A DNA stretch of 64,000 nt from NCBI GenBank assembly GCA_049972095.1, contig JBMFKQ010000002.1:1-64000 (forward strand), read 5' to 3'. This document shows positions 1 through 9,944 of the stretch, in pieces; within the stretch, counting starts at the first letter, position 1; every line of letters begins with the position of its first letter. The stretch is from Elusimicrobiales bacterium. Lineage in GTDB: Bacteria > Elusimicrobiota > Elusimicrobia > Elusimicrobiales > UBA9959. The notes under the pieces are model-generated. The model had not been told where the DNA came from. It ran no database searches and worked only from the letters and a program-made list of their open reading frames with translations. The position numbers were made by a program, and so were the translations under genes.

Positions 1-1
1 G

Positions 2-274
2 GCGATAAAAAGATTTGAACTTACTTTTGATTTAGCTTGGAAGTTAGTCAAAACTTTTTTAGAGGAGGTAAAGGGGATAAGATGTAGCTCTCCTAAAGAT
101 TGTTTTCGCGAAGCTTTTCATCAAGGCATTTTAGATCATAATCCTTTTTGGTTAAAAATTGTTGATTTAAGAAATTTTTCAGTTCATATCTATAGTGAGA
201 AATTAGCAGATGATTTATATAAAAAGCTTCCTAAAACTTTAAAGATGTTTAAAAAATTGAAAAATTGTTTATGA
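2..274 (+). CDS. HEPN-domain / HI0074-family nucleotidyltransferase substrate-binding protein, 5'-truncated by window edge
   Basis: Not in ORF track. Frame 2 translated by hand: AIKRFELTFDLAWKLVKTFLEEVKGIRCSSPKDCFREAFHQGILDHNPFWLKIVDLRNFSVHIYSEKLA...CL*. It has the RFE..W.. and SPK..FREA motifs and the HEPN R-x4-H motif (RNFSVH-x-Y); stop TGA at 272-274. Confidence 0.85.
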   Translation, partial: AIKRFELTFDLAWKLVKTFLEEVKGIRCSSPKDCFREAFHQGILDHNPFWLKIVDLRNFSVHIYSEKLADDLYKKLPKTLKMFKKLKNCL

Positions 275-348
275 TTTTTCTTTTAGCCTCTAAATCATTC
301 TTTTGAGAAGTGACAATTATGAAGGGAGTCTCTAAAAAGATGCTTTCT

Positions 349-1680
349 CTATTTTTTTCTTGCAATAATCTTTTCAAGCTGTGGTTCTTTTTCTAATTGT
401 TTTTTGAGGTTTTCCTCTCTTATGGGGTTTACATATTGGGGAAGTTGAAAGGAATATGTAAAGTTTGTATGAACATCATATCTTGCTTGGATAAGTGCAA
501 TTGTATCTTCTACAAAAACCCTTTCCTCATCTGTTGGTATAACAAAGATCTTCACAGCTGAATCTTCTGCTGAAATTATTGTTTCAGCATACCTTGTTTT
601 TGATATGAAATTTTTCTCTTTATCTATTTTTATTCCTAAACCTTCAAGCCCCTCGCAGGCTTTCTGCCTTATTATTGCTCCCATCTCACCAACACCCGCT
701 GTAAAAACTATAGCATCAACTCTCCCAAGTGCTGCATAATAGGCTCCAATGTATTTTTTAATTCTATATGATTCTATCTCTATTGCAAGCATTGCTCTAT
801 CATCTTCATTTTTGGCTGCAATTTCAACATCCCTTCTGTCAATGTATTTTCCAGTTATGCCAAGGATTCCAGATTTTTTGTTGAGTATTGAGTCCATATC
901 CTTTGCAGATAGACCTTCTTTCTGCATTATATAAAGCCCTATTGCAGGGTCGTGATCTCCTGCGCGGGTTCCCATAACAAGCCCTTCAAGTGGGGTAAAA
1001 CCCATAGATGTATCGTAAGAACAACCATTTTTAACAGCATTTATTGATGCTCCATTTCCTATATGTGCTATTATGAGGTTTGTTTCAAATGGATTTTTGT
1101 TTAGTAAAACTGAAGCTCTTTTTGCAGTGTAGAGAAAAGATGTTCCATGAAAACCATACCTTCTTATGCCATATTTCTGATACCACTCATAAGGAAGTGC
1201 ATACATATATGAAGAAGGTGGCATTGTTTGATGCCACGCAGTGTCCATAACAGCAGTATGAACAGCATTATGTAAAACCTCTCTTGCTGCTTCTATTCCC
1301 ATAACATTTGGTGGATTGTGTAATGGTGCGAGGGATGAAAGCTCTTTAAATGTTTTTATAACCTCATCTGTTATAATTGTAGACTTTATAAATCTCTCAC
1401 CACCATGAACAACTCTGTGTGCAACAGCCTTTACCTCCTTTTTATCTGAGATTATTCCATTTTTAACAAGATTTTCCATAACAAAATCAAAAGCCTCTTT
1501 GTGATTTTTTATCTCTCTATTGATTTTTATCTTTTCCAAATTTATAGGTTCAAGGCTTAAAAAAGATCCTCCAAAACCTATTCTTTCAACAATACCGCTT
1601 GCTATGAAATAATTTTTATCAATGTCAAAAACACTAAACTTGAGTGATGAACTTCCACAGTTTATTGCAAGGATTTTCAT
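349..1680 (-). CDS. ackA: Acetate kinase
   Basis: INCGSSSLK, HRVVHGG, LAPLHNP, RRYGFHGTS, HIGNGAS, TSMGFTPLEGLVMGTR, FTAGVGE, VIPTDEE motifs; AAGGAG SD upstream. Confidence 0.97.
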   Translation of the reverse strand: MKILAINCGSSSLKFSVFDIDKNYFIASGIVERIGFGGSFLSLEPINLEKIKINREIKNHKEAFDFVMENLVKNGIISDKKEVKAVAHRVVHGGERFIKSTIITDEVIKTFKELSSLAPLHNPPNVMGIEAAREVLHNAVHTAVMDTAWHQTMPPSSYMYALPYEWYQKYGIRRYGFHGTSFLYTAKRASVLLNKNPFETNLIIAHIGNGASINAVKNGCSYDTSMGFTPLEGLVMGTRAGDHDPAIGLYIMQKEGLSAKDMDSILNKKSGILGITGKYIDRRDVEIAAKNEDDRAMLAIEIESYRIKKYIGAYYAALGRVDAIVFTAGVGEMGAIIRQKACEGLEGLGIKIDKEKNFISKTRYAETIISAEDSAVKIFVIPTDEERVFVEDTIALIQARYDVHTNFTYSFQLPQYVNPIREENLKKQLEKEPQLEKIIARKK

Positions 1681-1758
1681 AATTGCTCCTTTTTTTAAGG
1701 ATATTCCAATTTCTTATAATTATATTATATATGATTTTGAAAAAATAGGGAGGTTTTT

Positions 1759-2394
1759 ATGGACGCTAATATAAAAAAGGCTAACCATAGATTGCTTGAA
1801 ATTGTTGCAGAAAATCTTAGAAAAAACAGATTTGAAGCAAGAATATTTGATACTGCATCTGAGGCAAGCAAAGCCATAGTCAAGTTTATAGGAAGTAAAA
1901 AGGATGTTGCCTTTGGTGGTTGTATGAGTATAAGAGAGATGGGATTGATTGAAAAGATTTCTGAAAATAACACAATCTACACCCATAGCTCTCATATGAA
2001 CAGTGATGAGAGAAGGAAAATATGGCTTAAAAGCCTTGATTCAGATTTCTATATAGCGTCACCTCAAGCCATTACCCTTGATGGGAAACTAATTTTCATT
2101 GATGGGACTGGCAACAGAGGTGCAGCAGTTATCTGGGGGCCAAGACATATCCTTTTAGTTGCTGGTGTAAATAAAATAGTGAGGGATCAAGATGAGGGAC
2201 TTTGGAGAGCAAGAAATATAGCCGCAATAAGGAATAACATAAGACTTTCAAAGAAAAACCCATGTGTTGAAAAAGGGGTTTGTATTGATTGTGATTCAGA
2301 TGAAAGGATATGCAATATAGTTATAATTCTTTGGAAAAGACCGAGGATAACTCCAATTACACTTTTTCTTATAAATGAAGAGCTTGGATACTAA
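1759..2394 (+). CDS. LUD-domain (lactate utilization LutC/YkgG-like) protein with C-terminal Cys cluster
   Basis: AITLDGKLIFIDGTGNR, WGPRHILLVAGVNKIV, PCVEKGVCIDC..RIC, LINEELGY; GGAGG SD. Confidence 0.85.
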   Translation: MDANIKKANHRLLEIVAENLRKNRFEARIFDTASEASKAIVKFIGSKKDVAFGGCMSIREMGLIEKISENNTIYTHSSHMNSDERRKIWLKSLDSDFYIASPQAITLDGKLIFIDGTGNRGAAVIWGPRHILLVAGVNKIVRDQDEGLWRARNIAAIRNNIRLSKKNPCVEKGVCIDCDSDERICNIVIILWKRPRITPITLFLINEELGY

Positions 2395-4064
2395 AAAAGG
2401 CATTTAATTTGATTGAAGTTTTCAGGATTAAAACAGGTCTTCTCTCCAGTTGGTTTTATCGCTTCCAATTGAATCTTACTATATACCTCTATTTTAGTAT
2501 AGATAGGTTGTATTCTGACAGTTTTTTCTTTTATACTCAAAACTCCATATTTTCCATCCTTTTTAAACACTGCTATTTCATCATAGCCATATGGAGGTTC
2601 ATCCAATGTTAAGTCCATTATTATCTCTCCATCTCTTGTTGATATGCCATATCTATCCTTTTTGAGTATTATCAAATTGTTTTTTATCTCGATATCATCG
2701 TATTCAAAAGGAAGGATGGTTTTACCTGATATATCAATAACACCTGCTTTGTTATCTTTTATAGCTTTTAAAAGGGTTGGAGGATTTGAAAATATTTCAA
2801 GCTCAAGATTTTCAAATTTAGGCTCTATTACATATTTTCCACCAGCGTTTATAAGTCCATATTTGTTTTCCATTTTTACTAAAAATATATTTTCAGAAAT
2901 TGGTTTTAATAATTCGTAGATGGGAGGAATAATCTCTTTAAGATCTTTATCAATAATACCAGCCTTACCTTCCTTCCATACAATGGTTATATTTTCAGAT
3001 ATTTTTTGCGTTTTATCATACTCATAAATAAGGGTTCTTCCAAACCTATCTGCTTTTAATCCTTTATCGTTAATCTTTGCATTTATAATTGGGAATATAA
3101 AATCCTCTGCTTCGTCGAAAACTGGGCCAAATATCTCCTTTGCTGATGTATCAATAAAACCATATTTGCCGTTTCTTTTAAACCTTGCAATTCCTTTTAT
3201 AAATGGAAAAACATCATCCGCATTTAATTCTTTAATTTTTAAACCTTTTGAGTTTATTATATACCATTTTCCATCTTCTTTTACTGTTGCATAATCAAGG
3301 TAAAAAGGATTTGCCTTTTCAAAAATAAATGGTAGTGCTTGGTTGTTTTGTGGTGTAATATATCCCCATTTTCCAGATTTTTTCACAGCAGCAAGATTGT
3401 TATTAAAGGAATAGCAAAAATCGTAATAAAGGGGTATAATACTCTTTCCATCTTTTGATATATAACCACATTTTTCTCTTATAAAAACTGCTGACAGCCC
3501 TTGATGAAATGGAAATGCTTTGTCATATTTAAAAGGAATGATCTCTTTATTCTCTATATCTATAAAACCATATTTTTTGTCTCTTACCGCAAGGATAAGT
3601 TTTGATGATTCAGAAAACTCAAGATAATCATATATAAAATCAATAATAATTTTATCATTTTCATCTATTATGCCAAACTTATCTTTTTTCTTTGCTATAC
3701 AATAATTCGAGATGCATTGAGTTATTAAATCATATTTGAAAGGTAGTATTACGAAGTATTTTTTTTCTGCTTGAGCTCCAAAACATTTTCCAACACATCT
3801 TACAGCCCGATCTGATTCATTTATTTGAATAAGCCCCCATCTGTTATTTCTCATCACAGCAATAACTTTGCCATCTATATAGGATGCCATATCATAAAGC
3901 TGTTTTGCACCTGTAAATGCGAAATCAGGCTCCCCATTGCTTTTACATATATCAATTGATTCTTTTAGTTTTATATAAGGGTTTATACAAGGTATCAGCT
4001 CATCAGCTGTGCTATATGAGTTTAGTGTTACAACACCTAATATGACTAAAATAAACCTCATCAT
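2391..4064 (-). CDS. Exported WG-repeat (KWG) protein
   Basis: N-terminal signal-like segment; many K(W/Y/F)G(F/Y/I/L)I(D/N)..G..(I/V)IP..YD repeats. Confidence 0.88.
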   Translation of the reverse strand: MMRFILVILGVVTLNSYSTADELIPCINPYIKLKESIDICKSNGEPDFAFTGAKQLYDMASYIDGKVIAVMRNNRWGLIQINESDRAVRCVGKCFGAQAEKKYFVILPFKYDLITQCISNYCIAKKKDKFGIIDENDKIIIDFIYDYLEFSESSKLILAVRDKKYGFIDIENKEIIPFKYDKAFPFHQGLSAVFIREKCGYISKDGKSIIPLYYDFCYSFNNNLAAVKKSGKWGYITPQNNQALPFIFEKANPFYLDYATVKEDGKWYIINSKGLKIKELNADDVFPFIKGIARFKRNGKYGFIDTSAKEIFGPVFDEAEDFIFPIINAKINDKGLKADRFGRTLIYEYDKTQKISENITIVWKEGKAGIIDKDLKEIIPPIYELLKPISENIFLVKMENKYGLINAGGKYVIEPKFENLELEIFSNPPTLLKAIKDNKAGVIDISGKTILPFEYDDIEIKNNLIILKKDRYGISTRDGEIIMDLTLDEPPYGYDEIAVFKKDGKYGVLSIKEKTVRIQPIYTKIEVYSKIQLEAIKPTGEKTCFNPENFNQIKCLF

Positions 4065-4076
4065 CCCTCTTGTTTA

Positions 4077-6533
4077 TTAGTGACTTGAAAGAATAATAGC
4101 TGATATGGCTTCTACATAGAGATATTTTTCTACACCTATCTCCTCTTCAACTCTTCCATTTTTGTTAAATCTTATTTTCCAATTACCTTGTGGAATTTCA
4201 AATTTCAATCTTTTATTAAGTGGGTTTATGAGAACAATTATATCCCCCCATGGATCTAAATCCTGGCTTTTTATAATATATCCTATTGTTGAAGGATGGG
4301 GAAGAGGGATTTTTAATTCGTCAAAAAAGATCAATCTCTTTCTTATCTCTTGCGCATTTTTTAGTCTAAATGCCGCATGTTCTTTTTTAATCCTTATTAA
4401 ATCTTTGTGGTATGAAAAAAGATCAAAGTGAATCTTTTTGTTTGTCCATTCTATCATATTGATCTCATCACCAGCATTATAAGAGTTTTCATTTCCCTTT
4501 TTAGTTCTTATAAACTCCTCACCACTGTGTATGAAATATATTCCTTGAGAAAGAGCTACGATTGTCTGTGCAAGCTTTAGCCTCGAGATTGTTGTGGATT
4601 CGTCATCATTTGGCATTGAGAGTTTTAATCTATCATAAAGTGTGTGGTTATCATGACAGCTTACATAGTTTATTGTCTCAGATGGAGAATCAGTAAAACT
4701 ATCTATGCTTGCCTTTATCCCTTTTATAACCTTATCTCTATAATTTCCTGACTGGACATATCCAAGATCATTTATATTGAATACATTTCCTTTAATAGCA
4801 TCTCTTATATCATCATTAAAAACCGCATACCCTTTACCTTTCTGAGCCCCCTTGCTTACCCCTTTTATAGGGGTCCCACCCGCATGCCATGGCTCACCGT
4901 ATATTATTATCTCTGGCTTTATTTTTTTTAGTTCTTTTAATATCTCATCCACAGTTTCAAGATCAATAAGCCCCATTAAATCAAACCTAAAGCCATCAAT
5001 CCCATACTCTTCAACCCAGTATTTTAAGCTATCAATTATAAATCTTCTTCCAAATGGTGATTCTGTTTTAAATTCATTTCCACATCCGGAACCATTATAG
5101 TAGCTGCCATCCTCCTTTGTTCTGTAATAATAATCTGGCGCAAGGGCGTTAAAATTATATACCTTTTCTTTTGTTTCTGCTGTGTGATTGTATACTACAT
5201 CCATTATGATTCTTATACCATTCTTATGAAGTGTGTTTATCATCATCTTTGCTTCTTTTATTTTTCCCTCCTTTTTGTTTTCAGCAAACCACCCGTCAGG
5301 TGAGTTAAAGCTTACGGGCATATAACCCCAATCATAGGAATCAGACTCTTCATCCTTTTCAAAATCATAGAAAGGCATTATATGAACAGCGTTAACACCG
5401 AGCTCTATAAGATGAGATAAGGCAGTTTTTATCTCATTAAATGATGGATGATGAGTTTGATCTTCACAAAGCCCCAAATATTTACCTTTGTGTTTTACCC
5501 CAGAAAGATTATCTATTGTAAAGTCTCTTATGCTCATCTCATATATAACATTTTTTAAAATATCAGCTTCTCTATTCGCCAACGGAGTTACTTTAAAATT
5601 GTCTTTGTATATCATTGCCCATTTGTTGTTATAAACAGAGACGCTTGCATATGGATCTATACCATAAAGTGTTTTATCTGGATAAATAGCCATATACCTG
5701 TAAAGCCATCCATAATATGATGTTGATATTGTAATCTCCCATATAAAATTGCCTCTATATTTAAAAGGAAGAAGGAGCTGTTTATCTTCTCCATCTTTTT
5801 TAAGCACAAGATTGAGATCTTTTGCTGTTGAAAAAACTCTAAATAAAATGGAATTGCTATCAAATATCTCACCCAACTTATCTTCTGGTGGGGTTATTGA
5901 GTATATTGCTTTTCCAAATCTAACAAGAGCATTGCCGTATTGTGATTTTATCCAGTATTCTCCCTCTCTTATTTTTTCAAGATCAATCTTTTCCCTTAGT
6001 TTGAGATATATGACATTTGTTTTTCTTGGGTTGTGCTTTATATTAAGTTGCTCTGTTTGTTCTTTGTTTTCCAATATGAATGGTTGAAGATCTTTTGAAA
6101 AAACACCTCTGTTTAATACAACCCTTATCTCATCTCCATCATAATAAGCTGCAATGATTTTGGTTGATTTCTCTACCTCAAAAAGTGATGTATAAATCTT
6201 TGGATCCCCTTCAAAGATGTATATCTCTTTCTGATTTGTGTATTTGAATATTCTATCAAATGATTCTTTATCCTGCCAGTCCTTAAACTTTGGAAGTATT
6301 CCTATTTCTTTATTTTCAAGTGAGTATTTAGATGTATCAAGGATAAAAAGAAGCCCTTTATTTGTTAGGCTTTGAGGTAGTATCTCAAATCCTTCAAGTC
6401 CATCAGTCTTATTCCATATCCATAATCTCCATCCATCATAGTTTTCATCTATCCTGTTGTAATATATCTCAAGAGTATGTGATGGAAGGGTGCTCATAAT
6501 AAAACCCCATAAAACTAAAAACAGTTTTTTCAT
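4077..6533 (-). CDS. pulA: Type I pullulanase (GH13) with N-terminal CBM41-like domain, probably exported
   Basis: YDWGYMP (variant of YNWGYDP), DVVYNHT, GFRFDLMG, YGEPW, YVSCHDNHTL; N-terminal YNR.D..YDGW.LWIW CBM41-like motif. Confidence 0.9.
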   Translation of the reverse strand: MKKLFLVLWGFIMSTLPSHTLEIYYNRIDENYDGWRLWIWNKTDGLEGFEILPQSLTNKGLLFILDTSKYSLENKEIGILPKFKDWQDKESFDRIFKYTNQKEIYIFEGDPKIYTSLFEVEKSTKIIAAYYDGDEIRVVLNRGVFSKDLQPFILENKEQTEQLNIKHNPRKTNVIYLKLREKIDLEKIREGEYWIKSQYGNALVRFGKAIYSITPPEDKLGEIFDSNSILFRVFSTAKDLNLVLKKDGEDKQLLLPFKYRGNFIWEITISTSYYGWLYRYMAIYPDKTLYGIDPYASVSVYNNKWAMIYKDNFKVTPLANREADILKNVIYEMSIRDFTIDNLSGVKHKGKYLGLCEDQTHHPSFNEIKTALSHLIELGVNAVHIMPFYDFEKDEESDSYDWGYMPVSFNSPDGWFAENKKEGKIKEAKMMINTLHKNGIRIIMDVVYNHTAETKEKVYNFNALAPDYYYRTKEDGSYYNGSGCGNEFKTESPFGRRFIIDSLKYWVEEYGIDGFRFDLMGLIDLETVDEILKELKKIKPEIIIYGEPWHAGGTPIKGVSKGAQKGKGYAVFNDDIRDAIKGNVFNINDLGYVQSGNYRDKVIKGIKASIDSFTDSPSETINYVSCHDNHTLYDRLKLSMPNDDESTTISRLKLAQTIVALSQGIYFIHSGEEFIRTKKGNENSYNAGDEINMIEWTNKKIHFDLFSYHKDLIRIKKEHAAFRLKNAQEIRKRLIFFDELKIPLPHPSTIGYIIKSQDLDPWGDIIVLINPLNKRLKFEIPQGNWKIRFNKNGRVEEEIGVEKYLYVEAISAIILSSH

Positions 6534-6574
6534 ACCTATAATTATAGCAATTTAAAAAGTAAAATATTATTTAT

Positions 6575-7687
6575 ATGGCATTATTTCTATTTATTAGCTT
6601 GCTTTCCTATCTTTCAGCATCAACGGATTACTGGAAGATTGATCTTTCTACCTCCGATGTTGAATATTTGAAGCGAAAGATTAAAGAACAAAAGCTTATA
6701 AGAGGAATTCATCTTACAAGCTGGGTTGCTGGAGATGATAAAAAAAGGGCTGAGATTATTTCACACATAAAAAACTCAGTCATAAATACAGTTGTCATAG
6801 CAGTAAGAGAGAAAAACGGTGAGGTTTATATCCCTCAAGTCAACTTCTCCTTAAGATATGGCTCTTATCTGCCCGTGATGAAAGACCCTAAGAAGGTTGT
6901 TGATGATTTTAAAAGGGAAGGGTTATATGTAATAGCAAGAATTGTTTGCTTCCATGATAACATAACTCCTAAAAAAAACCCAAATCTTGCAGTAAGAAAA
7001 GCTGATGGAAGCCTTTGGAGGTCAAGAAGGGGTGATACATGGCTTGATCCTTATAATAAAGAAAATTGGAATTATATACTTGAGGTTGCAAAGAAATGTG
7101 CTGAATATGGATTTGATGAAGTACAGCTTGATTATGTGAGATATCCCACTGAAGGAGATGTCTCAGAGTGTGTATTCTCAAAGCCACATAATAAAGTAAA
7201 TGCTATGAGAAATATTGTAGAGTTCATAAAACATATTAAAAATGAGATGAAGGATTATGGTGTTAAAGTCAGTGTTGATGTTTTTGGTCTTACAACAGCA
7301 TCTGATATGGGAATAGGACAAAACCTTTTGATGATCTCAGATATTGCAGACAGAGTTTATCCGATGATGTATCCATCACATTATTATACAAGTGTTTATG
7401 GTATATCATATCCTGAGATAGAACCTTATAAGGTTATAAACAGAGGATTGGAAGAGGCAATAAAGGCTGTTGGCAAAAATTATTATAAAATCACTCCATA
7501 CCTTCAGGATTTTTCTCTCAAGGTAAAATACACACCGTATCATGTAAGGGCACAAATAATAGCTGCAAAAAATAATATGATTGATAGTTTTATCCTTTGG
7601 AATCCTAGTTCAAACTATTCGTGGAGTTTACTGAAAAAAGAGGTTTTTTGTTCGCTAATAGAGCCAGAAAAGTGTTTCAATGATTAG
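6575..7687 (+). CDS. Putative glycoside hydrolase (DUF4015 / GH18-like TIM barrel), exported
   Basis: IARIVCFHD, WLDPY, GFDEVQLDYVRYP, SVDVFG, GIGQ, PMMYPSHY, PYLQDF, LWNPS.NY motifs. Confidence 0.85.
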   Translation: MALFLFISLLSYLSASTDYWKIDLSTSDVEYLKRKIKEQKLIRGIHLTSWVAGDDKKRAEIISHIKNSVINTVVIAVREKNGEVYIPQVNFSLRYGSYLPVMKDPKKVVDDFKREGLYVIARIVCFHDNITPKKNPNLAVRKADGSLWRSRRGDTWLDPYNKENWNYILEVAKKCAEYGFDEVQLDYVRYPTEGDVSECVFSKPHNKVNAMRNIVEFIKHIKNEMKDYGVKVSVDVFGLTTASDMGIGQNLLMISDIADRVYPMMYPSHYYTSVYGISYPEIEPYKVINRGLEEAIKAVGKNYYKITPYLQDFSLKVKYTPYHVRAQIIAAKNNMIDSFILWNPSSNYSWSLLKKEVFCSLIEPEKCFND

Positions 7688-7714
7688 TTTTTAAATATGG
7701 TAGAATTTAGTTAT

Positions 7715-7786
7715 GGGCCATTAGCTCAATGGTAGAGCAGGCGCCTCTTAAGCGCAAGGTTACAGGTTCGAGTCCTGTATGGCCCA
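7715..7786 (+). tRNA. tRNA-Lys(CTT)
   Basis: Cloverleaf: acceptor GGGCCAT/ATGGCCC, D arm GCTC/GAGC, anticodon loop CTCTTAA, T loop TTCGAGT; CCA not encoded. Confidence 0.95.
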
Positions 7787-7845
7787 AGGCTTGGTGTTAC
7801 TAACCAATATTAAGAGGTTTTTGAAAAAATCTCAATAGAGAAAAA

Positions 7846-7925
7846 GCCCTCGTGGCGGAATTGGTAGACGCGCATGGCTTAGGACCATGTCCGAAAGGGT
7901 GCAGGTTCGAGTCCTGCCGAGGGCA
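7846..7925 (+). tRNA. tRNA-Leu(TAG)
   Basis: Acceptor GCCCTCG/CGAGGGC, anticodon arm CATGG-CTTAGGA-CCATG, long variable arm, TTCGAGT loop; usual position upstream of tig. Confidence 0.95.
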
Positions 7926-8028
7926 AATCTTTTTAACTTTAAATCTTACTATAATCTCAGAATTTAACAAAAGTGTGTGTTTTTTGATAGTTTAAATTTG
8001 ATAAAATTAGATTAGACTTGGGGGATAG

Positions 8029-9273
8029 ATGAACTATAAAAGAGAAAAAACAGAGGGATGTAGTTTGGTTTATGAGGTGAGTTTTGAACCTACTGCTTAT
8101 GAGATTATAGAGAAACAAGCATTTAATGAGGTTCAGAAAGAGGTATTATATCCTGGTTTTAGGAAAGGCAAGGTTCCTTATGAGATAATAAAAGAGCATT
8201 TTTCACAAGCAGTTAGAGAGAAAGTGGAGAAAATAGCCATTGGAAGGGCAGTAGGAGAAATAATTGAAAGGGATAAGATAATTCCTGTTGTTCATCCCTC
8301 AGTTTATGATATAAAACATGAAATACCTTCAAAAAAACTTTCATTCAAAATCTACTTTGAGATATCACCTGTTTTTGAACCAAAAGGTTATACAGATTTT
8401 GAGATAGTTAAGAGAATTAGAAAAATAACAGATAAGGATGTGGCTAATTACATAGAGCAGATAAGAGAGCAAAATGCTTATCTAAAAAGCGTAGATGCTG
8501 TAGCTAGTGCAGATAAATATGTTGTAGTTGATTATGAGATATATGAAGATGGAAAGAAGGTTGATGAGGTTAGAAATGAAATGGTTGATATGTCATCACC
8601 ACAACAAATTGCCGGTTTTGAAGAAGCTATTGTTGGTGCAAAAAAAGGCGATATTAAAGAGTTTGAAACAAATTTTGATAAGAGAAGATTAAAATTTGTT
8701 ATTACTGTAAAGGATGTTAAGGAAAAGGTGATTCCCGATATGGATGATGCTATGATAAAACAGCTTGGGGCAAAGGATATAGATGATCTTAAAAATCAGA
8801 TAAGAGTCTTTCTTGAAGATGAGGAAAGGATTAAATCCGAAAAAGATTTCATTGAACAGATAGAGAATAAACTTATTGAGAATAACCAGTTTCCTCTTCC
8901 ACCAACACTTCTCAGACAGGAAATGGAAGAGCTTTTTGAGATTGCAAAAAAAAGAGCAAATCTTCCTGCTGAATATAAACTTGATGTAAAGGATTATGAG
9001 GATGATCTCAAACCCATTGCTGAAAGAAACCTCAGAATATCCTATATACTTCGTGCAATATCTAAGAAGGAAAATATAAAAGCAACAGAGGATGATTATC
9101 TTCGAGAGGTTGAAAAGATGATAAAAAATCTTAAAAATGAGATTGAGATAGACAAAGCAAAGGCTCTTTTTGAATCAAGAAAGGGATATATTCTTGCATT
9201 AATAACCGAAAACAAAACAATGGAATTCATAAAATCAAGGATAAAAGTAAAAGAAGAGATTGTTGAATATTAG
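8029..9273 (+). CDS. tig: Trigger factor
   Basis: PGFRKGKVP ribosome-binding motif, FKBP-like middle domain, adjacent to clpP. Confidence 0.95.
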   Translation: MNYKREKTEGCSLVYEVSFEPTAYEIIEKQAFNEVQKEVLYPGFRKGKVPYEIIKEHFSQAVREKVEKIAIGRAVGEIIERDKIIPVVHPSVYDIKHEIPSKKLSFKIYFEISPVFEPKGYTDFEIVKRIRKITDKDVANYIEQIREQNAYLKSVDAVASADKYVVVDYEIYEDGKKVDEVRNEMVDMSSPQQIAGFEEAIVGAKKGDIKEFETNFDKRRLKFVITVKDVKEKVIPDMDDAMIKQLGAKDIDDLKNQIRVFLEDEERIKSEKDFIEQIENKLIENNQFPLPPTLLRQEMEELFEIAKKRANLPAEYKLDVKDYEDDLKPIAERNLRISYILRAISKKENIKATEDDYLREVEKMIKNLKNEIEIDKAKALFESRKGYILALITENKTMEFIKSRIKVKEEIVEY

Positions 9274-9285
9274 CAAGGAGGTATT

Positions 9286-9897
9286 ATGATAATACCCACA
9301 ATAATAGAAACATGGAAAGGTCAAGGAGCAATGGTAGGCTATGATATATTTTCAAGGCTATTAAAGGACAGAATAATATTTGTCGGAGATCCTGAGGGAG
9401 CAATATCAACTGCATCTGCGAACAATATAATAGCTCAGCTTCTTTACCTTGAGGCTGAGGACCCAGAAAAGGATATAAATCTATATATAAACTCTCCAGG
9501 TGGTATGGTTACGGCTGGTCTTGCAGTTTATGATACTATGCAGTTTATAAAAGCACCAATAACAACTATATGTATGGGTATGGCAATGTCTTTTGGAGCA
9601 CTGCTTCTTGCTGCGGGAACAAAGGGTAAAAGATTTGCACTTCCAAATGCAAGGATAATGATACATCAACCTCTTGTATGGGGTCAAGGAATATCAGGTC
9701 AGGCAACAGACATAGATATAGAAAACAGAGAGATGCAGGAAACAAAGGCAAGGTTGATAAAAATACTTGCTAAACACACAGGACAAACTGAAGAAAAAAT
9801 AAAGCAGGATACCGAGAGAAATTTTTATATGTCAGCTGAACAGGCCTTAGAATATGGAATAATAGATGGTATTCTTGAGTTTAAAAAAAAGATATAG
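9286..9897 (+). CDS. clpP: ATP-dependent Clp protease proteolytic subunit
   Basis: [28 protein letters not shown] (Ser), IMIHQP (His), DTERNFYM (Asn at the catalytic Asp position). Confidence 0.97.
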   Translation: MIIPTIIETWKGQGAMVGYDIFSRLLKDRIIFVGDPEGAISTASANNIIAQLLYLEAEDPEKDINLYINSPGGMVTAGLAVYDTMQFIKAPITTICMGMAMSFGALLLAAGTKGKRFALPNARIMIHQPLVWGQGISGQATDIDIENREMQETKARLIKILAKHTGQTEEKIKQDTERNFYMSAEQALEYGIIDGILEFKKKI

Positions 9898-9944
9898 AAA
9901 AAGTTAGAGGATTTCTATTACTGCAATTAAAGGAGGTCAAATAA

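Noticed and set aside
7740..7756. G-A mismatch at the top of the tRNA-Lys anticodon stem as a sign of a pseudo-tRNA
   Set aside because: Mismatches at 27:43 are tolerated and all other arms are intact.
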